From NCBI GenBank assembly GCA_964035545.1, contig OZ037769.1, positions 3,038,001 to 3,102,000 of the forward strand: a stretch of 64,000 nucleotides of DNA, given 5' to 3'. Positions 40,214-50,108 of this stretch are shown here, one piece after another. The notes under the pieces are model-generated. The model was not told the origin of the DNA. It did no database searches and was given only the letters and a program-made list of their open reading frames with translations. The number at the start of each line of letters is the position of its first letter. Within the stretch, counting starts at the first letter, position 1. A program made the position numbers and the translations under genes. The DNA is from Bugula neritina. Lineage: Eukaryota > Animalia > Bryozoa.

Positions 40214-43200
40214 CTAGTAGTAGTAGTAATAGTAGTAGTAGTAGTAGTAGTAGTAGTACTAGTAGTAGTAGTAGTAGTAGTAGTACTAGTAGTAGTAGTA
40301 GTAGTAGCAGTAGTAGTAGTAGCAGTACTAGTAGTACCAGTAGTAGTAGTAGTAGTAGTAATAGTAGTAGCAGTAGTAGTAGTAGTAGTAGTTGTGCCAC
40401 TACTATAAACTAACCTTTTGTTGCTCGAGATGCTGTGTGAGTAGAAGCAGCCGAAAGAGGCGACGACTCCGAGCCCCAAACTTCTCAAGTACAACAGCCT
40501 CCATGCTGGCTTTACACAGCGAGCTCACAGCTTCTCTGTAATCTGAGATCTAGGGCTAAGGATTTAGTGTGAAGATATCGCAACTCCTAGATGCACAGCA
40601 CTGTGAAGGTGTTGGCCAGATGGAGTAATGTTTGTATTACATAAGACATCATTTTTGAAAATATTCCGTAAAATAAAATCAAAATTTCAACTCCAACATA
40701 AAAATAAAATCAATTGACAATTATGAAATAGTAAATGAAATTAAGTAGTTATACTTATGCTTCATAACAATACAACTTTATCTAAGAAAAAGTAAAATGA
40801 CATATATATTATATTCTAGAGTATATCAAAGCTCTAACCCCATTAGTTAAACTGTTACTATAGCGATGGGATGACATTGTGCATGAAAAAGACTTCAATT
40901 TTTTTTTATTTAATATCAAATATATAAAACCAAACAATTAGTAGAGATGGCGACTAGTTTGAAAGGATACTTATAATATAACTTCCACCACCACTATCTC
41001 CTGCCTTCATTATTATTCCCATCTACAAATAACCAGTCCTGCATTACAAGCAATAGTAACGTTCATTACACACAGCAGTGCAATGTATAACCACAACAGT
41101 ACAAATTGTCTAATAGAAAGTTCATTACAAGCAGCTATTTAGTGTATTGAATACAGTAGACTGTTTAATACATCACACAAAATTGTACTTTGACATAGCA
41201 GAGGTGGATAGTGAAAAAGGGGAAGGGGGATGCAGAACATAACAGGTGGATAGTAAAAGGGGGCTACCTCATCATCTGCAAGAGTCATCAAATAGACATC
41301 AAGTAAAGTTCTGCCTGTAATTCCCAACTCTTTAGGTAAAGCGTTAAATATCTAGAAAATGAAGAGCATAGTTATGCAATAGATGGTGTATATCTATAGA
41401 GGTACAATGTACACACCTGAATGTACATATCAACGTACCTGAATATACACATCAACACATCTGACTATACGAATCAACACCTGAATATACACATCAACAC
41501 ACCTCATTGCTGGAGATCAGGGAACTCTGTAATGCGGATGGACTGTTTTTCACTTCAGCCAATCTCAGCATTGTGCTCATTATCTCCCCATGTTTCTGCA
41601 ATGACATAATATGCTATTACCTTACTGATCCAGAGTGGTGACGGTGACATGTCAAAGGTCAGGGTAAAGTTCACATATCGAAGGTCAAGGCTCACATGTC
41701 AAAGTTTACGTGTTGAAGGTCAAAACTCACACGTCAAAGGTCAAGGTTTACATGTCAAAATATACATTGTGCTTTAGTTGGAGATGACATGATGATATTG
41801 ACCCTTGACCCTGACAGTTTCTGAGAGCAGCTAGATCAACAGCAGTTACTAGTGATTCTCACTACCGAAACTATTCTTTTACTAAAAAAATTCATGCTCT
41901 TTAAACCGTCACCAAACATCACAGCAATATAAACAGTTTCACCCAATTGGCAGGCAAGTAGATGTAACCAACAGATTGGGACCTGAGAAAAGGATAAATA
42001 CATGTTAGAATATGAGGAGAAAGAATACAAACCGGGCTGAGTCTCCTCGTCACAGCATCGACAATCTGCAAGTCTCGGTGGTAGTAGTTAAATCTGCTGA
42101 CACACACCTTGTAGCACACCTTGTCCTACAACACAGCAGTCTACATTGAAACTCTCAGTCTAGAGTGCGACTCTCAGTCTACCTTGAAACTCTAAGTCTA
42201 CAGTGTAACTCTCAGTCTACAGTGTAACTCTAAGTCTAAAGTAAAACTCTCAGTCTACAGTGTAACTCCAAGTCTAAAGTAAAACTCTCAGTCTACAGTG
42301 TGACTCTCAGTCTACATTGAAACTCTCAGTCTACAGTGTAACTCTCAGTCTACAGTGTAACTCTCAGTCTACAGTGTAACTCTCAGGCTGCATTATAATA
42401 CAGCATTAAAGTGATGGGAGACAATAAATAAATATGGCAGCTCAGTCCTGCACATATTTCGACACACAGCTATCAAAGGACTACTCAAGAACTCTGAATT
42501 ACAATAATTAATATTTTGTCACTTTGCTTGATATTCACTGAACAGACAAATTAATTTGAGAATTTCACGCAAAGTACCGTATGCTGTGTATGCTTTAGAA
42601 TAGTGTAGGCCTTTAGCTAGACTTGCTGACTCATTAGTGTGAGAGATTAGAAAGCACAGACCTTAGCAGAATCTCCATCTCTCTTCAGACGTTTGCTCGG
42701 TGGAGGTTCATCTGCAGAACTTGTCTCTGTCTGTTCGTCTACACAAACTTCAACAAACCGGGTCTGCATTAATAGCTCCAACTTCTCAGATATGCTTTTC
42801 TCCGTAGCTTTTTCTGACAAATAAAACATAACTACATTATAATATACTGTTACAATAAAAGCTTCATATAGTAGACGGAAAGCAGTAAAAAAAAATGAAT
42901 TTGTAGAGAAAATATGTAAAAGCAAGTTTTGTAAGAAATCATATCAACAATACCTTTAATATTATGTTCTACTTTGGTAATAGTTTTACTGATAAGAGAT
43001 TGACGTGTGATTTGGCCATGATGCAATATCTCTTCTATTAGCACTTCGGCTACATTCCCATACAGCACTTTCACGCAGTACACGTATGAGGGATACCTAG
43101 ATGATAAGTTGATGTTTTAATAACACGAAATAATGACTGATGGTGGTGTAATGGCTCACAAGCAATAAATTATTTGTACAGTCTATTATAGATACATACA

Positions 43201-46200
43201 GGGATATTAAATATAGAAAATTGAATATGAAATTACCTCAATCTGTGGAGTACAGCCAATACTTCGACAGAGTATTCAGTAAAACCTCTCTTATGATGAG
43301 AAACCAGAATAAAATTGTGTTGGATACCAATAGCCAAACATAGTTTTATCTAAAAATAAAACAGCTGGCTATGCTTACCTGGTATAAACATAACATGAAC
43401 AATATGAAAAACTGTTCCAATATATTAAATAACAAATATTGATATAAAACTTTGAAACAAAACATTTACTGACGAAATACAATGTGACATTATGATAATC
43501 ATTATGACTATTGCTACTGTACTACAATTAGTATTATTATTTATTATTAGTCTTAATTTCAACTACCATTACAATTACTATAATAATAATCATAAATGTA
43601 ATTATAAGAATTACTATTAGTGTTAGACTAATAATTAACTTAGTTACACTTACAGTGAAGACCAAATGCTATTTTATTTTCATTCTCTTACTCCAAATCT
43701 ATGACTATCAAGTATTAGTATCACGAGTAGTAATACTAATACAGTATTAGTAATAGTTATTATAATAGTAATACTAATAGTATTACTTATTACCATTCAT
43801 ATTACCATTAGTAGTAATAATAATACTAGTATTAGTATTAGCATTATAAGTAAATTTAATTACTAGCAAAATGCAAAAATTAATGTAGTACCTGTGAAAT
43901 GGATAAGTCCACACGGGAACGAATTGATCGCAAAGGGCTTTTGGTATTTTGAAGTAAAAAGTTATAAACATCTGCTAATGCCTTTCCAAATGTTTCTTTG
44001 ACTATGAAAATGGAAAGTTGAGCGTCTATACTTTTTCGGTGTTCGGTGTTCGGTGTTCATGTAAACATTTATTTCTAATTTGTTATTTTATTATTTTACT
44101 ATTTTTTGTCATAATCTTAATAATTAATTGTATCACTTATTGTAATAGTTTTAGTATTTTCGTATATATATATTGTGGTAATAAATCACGGCTTCGGCCT
44201 CTTACGTTTATCAACTAACTCGAGCACGTTCTGTCTTTTCACGATAGCTGAAATAATATCACAAATCAACATAAAACATGGTGCCCCGAGTCTAATTATT
44301 ATTAATATTACACTGAAATAACATGGAGCAATTACTAGCGCCAAAACCATTAGCAGATGGACCGAATTTACCTGAGGAATGGAAGATTTTTAAACGTGAC
44401 TTCGAACTTTTTTTAACTGCCACATCGAAAGATACAGCCGAAGGCAAAGTGAAAACTGCATACCTACTTAGAACTATCGGTCGCCGAGGCAACCAAATAT
44501 ACGACTCTTTCAACTGGACTGACAACAATGACAAAACTGACTATGACAAAGTTGTGACGCAGTTTGATGACTACTGCAAACCAAGAATAAACTTAGTGGC
44601 TAAGACTCACTCACTACTGACTTGTAAGCAAGGAAATAGAACTATTGACGAATTTTTGACTGAACTACATACCATTGCAGGACTATGTGACTTAAAAGAC
44701 ATGTACAACCGACTGATACTACAAGCACTGATACTGGGAATTGAAAGTGACAAGATTAGAAAGAAACTGTTTGACTTGACTGACTTTGACAAAGCAATTG
44801 AACTCTGCAGACGAGAAGAAGCATCGGCTATTGACTACAAGACTATGACTAAGGATAACACATATGGACTCGAACAAGTGAACTTGGTAAAACATAGACC
44901 TCCGACTCATCAATATCACTCTAATGACACTCGTAACACTGATAAACACAGAGGACAACTTTCACACACTCACTCTCAGCCCAACGTCAGAAAATCAGTT
45001 GGTGCTTCTAGGTGTGGAAACTGTGGAGGCAATCACCCACCTCGAGCATGCCCAGCATATGGGAAACAGTGCAATCATTGCAAGAAATTTAACCACTTTG
45101 CTACATACTGCAGGTCACGCATGCATCATTATCGCGACTCAACCGAAACAGCCAATCAAGTCACCTGGAATTACTCTTCAGACAGTGACTCTCAACATGT
45201 AAGTACTATCTCCACTACTGTACGAGATCGTAAATTATTAGCGATGCTCACTGCTAAGCAAGCAGATACTATTTATGACATTGAATTCCAACTTGACACT
45301 GGTGCATCATGCAATACTTTGAATACGATCGACTACGACAAGCTAGGTAAACCGAAACTTACACCGACTGATACTGTACTAACTTTATATGACCAGAGCA
45401 AGTGTGCACCACTAGGGTGGACACGGATACAGATACTAAACAAGCAAGGATGTTACACTACATTAAAATTCCTAGTTGTGGAAACCACCCAACATAGCTT
45501 GCTGTCATGGAAATCATGTTTGCACCTGGATTTATTACAAATGCCCAGCACCAAAAGCGAGAATGTAAACTTTGCCACTACTGACCCAGACCTTCAGACT
45601 TTACTGACTAACTTTGATGACATATTTACCGGACTTGGAAAGTTTGAACAGGAATATAGGATAGAGCTAAGACCTGAAGCTGTACCAGTGCAAGTCCGAC
45701 CGCGGAAGGTGCCCTTGTCGATGAAATCAGATCTCATCAAGACTATTCTTGAACTAGAACAACGTCAAATTATCGCTAAGGTAGAAGCACCTACAGACTG
45801 GATAAGCCATCTACAACCAGTGCGCAAGCCTAATGGAAAGATACGCATCTGCATAGATCCGCAAAATCTCAATCAAGCAATTAAACGAAACCACGCTGTC
45901 ATGCCAACATTGGAAGATGTTTTGCCACAACTCAACGGTGCCAAGTTTTTCTCCTTGTGTGACGCCAAAGAAGGTTTCTATCAAATTCCCCTAGCTGAGG
46001 AATCTACAGACTTGACAACTTTCTGGACTCCCATAGGAAAGTACAAGTACCTAAGGCTACCCTTTGGAATTGCATCAGCGCCGGAGGAGTTTCAGAGAAG
46101 GCTCACGGAAAATCTTGCTGGTCTTGATGGCATCACCATAGTTGCAGATGACATCCTAATTTTTGGAAGCACAAGGAAAGAGCATGATAGAAACCTTGAA

Positions 46201-48859
46201 GCGCTCTTCAAACGTGCTCGACAGACAGGACTGAGACTGAACAAGGAAAAATCCCGCTTCCTTCAGGACGAACTACCTTACATTGGACACATACTGACAA
46301 CTAATGGACTTAAACCAGATCCTAACAAAGTAAAAGCCATTCTTAAGATGAAACCTCCCTCATCTCCACAGGGAGTAAAACGATTCCTTGGTCACATCAC
46401 ATACATGTCAAAATTTATTAGCAACCTAGCATCGGAATCTGAACCATTACGACGTTTACTGACACAAGACAATGCTCAAGACTTTCACTGGACTGACGAC
46501 CAAATGAACGCTTTTAATAGACTGAAGACCTTACTAACTGACTCAGAAACTCTACAATACTTTGACTGCAACAAGCCAGTAACTATACAAACTGACGCTT
46601 CAAATGCTGGTGTGGGTGCAACACTCATGCAAGGAGGCAAGCCTGTGGCATATGCATCTCGCAGTTTAACAAAATCGGAACAGAACTATGTGCCACTAGA
46701 GCTTGAGTGCCTTGCCATAGTGTTTGGCACTGAACGCTTTGACCAGTATATCTTTGGTCACCATGCTGTCACTATCCAAACTGACCACAAACCCCTTGTA
46801 TCTATTTTCAGGAAATCCATTCATAAGGCATCTCGGAGGTTGCAGGCTATGCTTCTTCACTTACAAAGATACCCCAACATTAAGGTAACTTGGCAAAAGG
46901 GTGCTGAACAAATCACGGCTGACTTACTCTCAAGAGACTCATACTTTGACTCCCCCAACTATCAACAACTACCAGAACACATTTTTCACATTGACTCTCA
47001 AAATAATGATGCTCCTGTTTGTGACGACTTAATTGACAACATTAGGACTGCTACTGCACAGGACAATGAACTTATGACACTGACAAACCTTATTAAACAT
47101 GACTGGAACATTGCCAACTGCACAACTCACGACAAGTACAAACACTTTCAGGACGAACTATCTATTGACAATGGCATTGTTTACAAAGGACTACGAGCCA
47201 TTATTCCAAAGACACTCCAGAGAAAGTTTCTCCAACTACTTCACACCGGCCATAATGGGATTAACTCCACACTAAGACGTGCCCGCCACACAGTGTTTTG
47301 GCTTGGCATCACCAATGACATCAAAAACAATATTGCTAACTGTCGACAATGTCAACTGGATGCTCCCCGGCAACAGAAGGAAACACTTTTACTCCACACA
47401 GTTCCCCAACAACCCTGGACCAAAGTAGGAATTGACTTGTTTGAATACAATCACACTCACTACATTACTATTGTTGACTATACGACTGACTACCTTGAAT
47501 ATGACCGACTGGACAACCAAACAGCAGAGGCTGTTATCAACTCCATAAAGCGCTGTTTTGGACGCCTGGGAATACCCAGACAGGTTCACACTGACAACGG
47601 ACCACAGTTTACCTCACACCAGTTTTCCACTTTCAGCCAATCATGGAATTTCACACACACCACCAGCTCTCCATATCATCCTCAGTCCAATGGGAAGGCA
47701 GAGTCTGCTGTGAAGATAGCCAAACGTATACTCCGCAGATGTGAAGAGCCCGAACTTGCGTTACTGGAACATCTCAACACCACCAAAGAAGGCCTGACGG
47801 CCAGCCCAATTCAGCAACTTATCGGAAGACCCACCAGGTCAGTACTCCCACAAGTTCGGCCAGAAACAGAGAACAACCAAGGTTGGTGGGAAAAGCAGGG
47901 CCGCAATGAAAAACTGCAGCAGAGATGCAATGACGGTGCAAGAGATTTGGCAGTGCTGAAAGAAGGGCAACCAGTTTTGGTTCGAGACTGGAGTCAGCAC
48001 CGGAGAAAATGGCAGGAGGCGCAAATTAACAAACAATTGAGTAGCAGAGCCTATGCCATACAACTTAACAACAACCTCTTTCGGAGAAACCGGCGAGACA
48101 TCAGACCACTCGTCACGGAGCCAGCGAGTCCTGAGACACCAAAGGATCCTAAACAAAACGCTAGTAGTACCCAGGTTGACACCACCGAGAGCGCCAATCA
48201 TAGCGACAATCTAAGACGTTCAACCAGAGAACGGAAGCCACCTAGTTGGATGGCAGACTATGTGCCCTCTTAAAACAATCATATCTAAATAGCTTTTTTT
48301 CTATTCTGTGGGAGATGTTCGGTGTTCATGTAAACATTTATTTCTAATTTGTTATTTTATTATTTTACTATTTTTTGTCATAATCTTAATAATTAATTGT
48401 ATCACTTATTGTAATAGTTTTAGTATTTTCGTATATATATATTGTGGTAATAAATCACGGCTTCGGCCTCTTACGTTTATCAACTAACTCGAGCACGTTC
48501 TGTCTTTTCACGATAGCTGAAATAATATCACAAATCAACATAAAACAGTAATACTAATACAGTATTAGTAATAGTTATTATAATAGTAATACTAATAGTA
48601 TTACTTATTACCATTCATATTACCATTAGTAGTAATAATAATACTAGTATTAGTATTAGCATTATAAGTAAATTTAATTACTAGCAAAATGCAAAAATTA
48701 ATGTAGTACCTGTGAAATGGATAAGTCCACACGGGAACGAATTGATCGCAAAGGGCTTTTGGTATTTTGAAGTAAAAAGTTATAAACATCTGCTAATGCC
48801 TTTCCAAATGTTTCTTTGACTATGAAAATGGAAAGTTGAGCGTCTATACTTTTTCTCAT
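39084..48859 (-). CDS. POLR3C: RNA polymerase III subunit RPC3; Gypsy element in intron 1
   Basis: Exon 1 at 48710-48859 (MRKSIDAQLSIFIVKETFG..SPLRSI..SISQ); 43237-43349 (IKLCLAIGIQHN..HKRG..EY); about 42954-43097 (YPSYVY..LYG..EVLIEEILHHG); 42661-42815; 42030-42125; 41504-41595 (STMLRLAE..SSNE); 41267-41352; about 40970-41022; 40412-40550; 39869-40105 (EKAMM..LLYEM..PSKTFY); 39511-39654 (LLEKKQKVDAI..EIITPSE); 39084-39204. These match recalled RPC3/RPC62 motifs along the whole length. Confidence 0.9.
40132..40393. repeat. (TAG)n microsatellite filling a POLR3C intron
   Basis: More than 80 gta/gca units; explains the poly-L and poly-T ORFs. Confidence 0.98.
42138..42386. repeat. 19-bp minisatellite (ctctcagtctacagtgtaa) abutting a POLR3C acceptor
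   Basis: About 13 units. Confidence 0.95.
43730..44037. repeat. Left copy of a 308-bp host duplication flanking the Gypsy element; contains an ATG-less copy of POLR3C exon 1 and its donor
   Basis: Identical by eye to 48548-48855 (offset 4818). The ORF track shows the same 62-aa ORF at 43783 and 48601. Confidence 0.95.
44047..48547 (+). mobile_element. Full-length Ty3/Gypsy LTR retrotransposon (Mag-like gag), apparently recent
   Basis: 232-bp LTRs at 44047-44278 and 48316-48547 (TGTT..AACA), identical by eye. PBS TGGTGCCCCG at 44279. Purine tract gtgggaga before the 3' LTR. Single intact ORF. Confidence 0.97.
44323..48273 (+). CDS. Gag-Pol polyprotein (Gag zinc knuckles, protease, RT, RNase H, integrase)
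   Basis: CGNCGGNH..CPAYGKQCNHCKKFNHFATYC; LDTGA; LPFGI, VADDILI; TDAS..ELECLA..TDHKPL; H..H..C..C, IDLF, TDNGPQF, SNGKAE. The order PR-RT-RH-IN is Gypsy-type. Confidence 0.97.
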   Translation: MEQLLAPKPLADGPNLPEEWKIFKRDFELFLTATSKDTAEGKVKTAYLLRTIGRRGNQIYDSFNWTDNNDKTDYDKVVTQFDDYCKPRINLVAKTHSLLTCKQGNRTIDEFLTELHTIAGLCDLKDMYNRLILQALILGIESDKIRKKLFDLTDFDKAIELCRREEASAIDYKTMTKDNTYGLEQVNLVKHRPPTHQYHSNDTRNTDKHRGQLSHTHSQPNVRKSVGASRCGNCGGNHPPRACPAYGKQCNHCKKFNHFATYCRSRMHHYRDSTETANQVTWNYSSDSDSQHVSTISTTVRDRKLLAMLTAKQADTIYDIEFQLDTGASCNTLNTIDYDKLGKPKLTPTDTVLTLYDQSKCAPLGWTRIQILNKQGCYTTLKFLVVETTQHSLLSWKSCLHLDLLQMPSTKSENVNFATTDPDLQTLLTNFDDIFTGLGKFEQEYRIELRPEAVPVQVRPRKVPLSMKSDLIKTILELEQRQIIAKVEAPTDWISHLQPVRKPNGKIRICIDPQNLNQAIKRNHAVMPTLEDVLPQLNGAKFFSLCDAKEGFYQIPLAEESTDLTTFWTPIGKYKYLRLPFGIASAPEEFQRRLTENLAGLDGITIVADDILIFGSTRKEHDRNLEALFKRARQTGLRLNKEKSRFLQDELPYIGHILTTNGLKPDPNKVKAILKMKPPSSPQGVKRFLGHITYMSKFISNLASESEPLRRLLTQDNAQDFHWTDDQMNAFNRLKTLLTDSETLQYFDCNKPVTIQTDASNAGVGATLMQGGKPVAYASRSLTKSEQNYVPLELECLAIVFGTERFDQYIFGHHAVTIQTDHKPLVSIFRKSIHKASRRLQAMLLHLQRYPNIKVTWQKGAEQITADLLSRDSYFDSPNYQQLPEHIFHIDSQNNDAPVCDDLIDNIRTATAQDNELMTLTNLIKHDWNIANCTTHDKYKHFQDELSIDNGIVYKGLRAIIPKTLQRKFLQLLHTGHNGINSTLRRARHTVFWLGITNDIKNNIANCRQCQLDAPRQQKETLLLHTVPQQPWTKVGIDLFEYNHTHYITIVDYTTDYLEYDRLDNQTAEAVINSIKRCFGRLGIPRQVHTDNGPQFTSHQFSTFSQSWNFTHTTSSPYHPQSNGKAESAVKIAKRILRRCEEPELALLEHLNTTKEGLTASPIQQLIGRPTRSVLPQVRPETENNQGWWEKQGRNEKLQQRCNDGARDLAVLKEGQPVLVRDWSQHRRKWQEAQINKQLSSRAYAIQLNNNLFRRNRRDIRPLVTEPASPETPKDPKQNASSTQVDTTESANHSDNLRRSTRERKPPSWMADYVPS
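48548..48855. repeat. Right copy of the 308-bp duplication; continues into the intact POLR3C ATG at 48857-48859
   Basis: Starts directly after the CA of the 3' LTR. Confidence 0.95.
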
Positions 48860-49261
48860 AACTAGAAGTTGAAGTAGCACTGTAGTACTAGTGCACTAGT
48901 AGTACAACTACTACAGTACCAGTGAACTACAAGTTGAAGCAAAATTAACGTTGACCAAACAAAAAACTACTTGTATCGGTTAAAATAACTCCAACCCGCT
49001 ATCGCTGAATTCCAAATTCTCCAGTTCACTTTTTAATCAAATATAGTCACAGAATAGATATTTAATTTTCTAATAATGGTTAGAAAAAATCAAATCACAA
49101 TGAAAATAATACTTCTATGTTAACACTCCGCAAGTGACCGTGAACTTTTCTTGATAAAGGTATCTAATGAGTTCGCTGTGATTATTTCATTTTTGTCTCC
49201 ACGTCAATGATTGGCTTAATTTCACACAGTAATTTTTCGAAACCTAAAATAGCTAGAGCTT

Positions 49262-49407
49262 TTATAAGCAGTTTCAAGTTGGGAGTGACTGAGTGCATTA
49301 GTTTGCGGTTCTCAAGTGTAGAATCGGGGTTTATTGAAACCCTCAACTCTAAATTTAAGAACGCAAATTACTGCACTCAATCACTCCCAATTTCGAGCTG
49401 CGTATAA
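49262..49407. mobile_element. About 146-bp palindromic (foldback) MITE-like element upstream of POLR3C
   Basis: ttataagcag..ttgggagtgactgagtgcattagtttgcg..ggggttt-attg-aaaccc..cgcaaattactgcactcaatcactcccaa..ctgcgtataa is an imperfect inverted repeat over its whole length. Confidence 0.75.
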
Positions 49408-49452
49408 AACCATTCTCCTACATAGTTACATTTAGGTACAATAAAATAACTA

Positions 49453-49514
49453 ATAGAGTATAGACTATAGAGTATAGACTATAGAGTATAGACTATAGAG
49501 TATAGACTATAGAG
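49453..49514. repeat. 14-bp tandem repeat, about 4 copies (tatagactatagag)
   Basis: Direct reading. Confidence 0.93.
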
Positions 49515-50108
49515 GCTCTGCCCTGATTTACTAGTCGTTGCCAGGTGTTAATAATCAACACTTTACAGTAAATGCCATTTATTTTCTCAACATGATTCAA
49601 AGCTATTATAATGCGATAATGCATGTTGATATACAAATCTGCCCAGTAGATGTAAATACTTCTTTTCATATATTGCTTATGAAAATTGTGTGCATGCAAA
49701 ACACCTTCGATGACCTATATGTACTCTTAACAAGGTTAACAGCTGATTAAACTAAAGTTTGTTAAAAGTAACTAACTATTATTTATATGGCACTTAACAA
49801 TCCTGAATACAATCATTATTGCAAGACTGACCAAATAAGAAGAAAAGTTTTGCCTTCATATAATATTATATTGAATTTTACAACACAAACATTAAAAGAT
49901 CAACAAATAGAAAATTGAGGTAATATGGAATATGTTATAAATTGGCGAATTCTCAAAATTGAACTAAGTTGTAGAAATGTATATATAATATTATTCCCTC
50001 AATATAATAGACGGAAAAAACAGCCAGTGAAATTTAAACACATATAAACATGTATTGTCATGTATCACCTGACAACCAATTATAAACATAATATGCATAC
50101 AGCTATAT

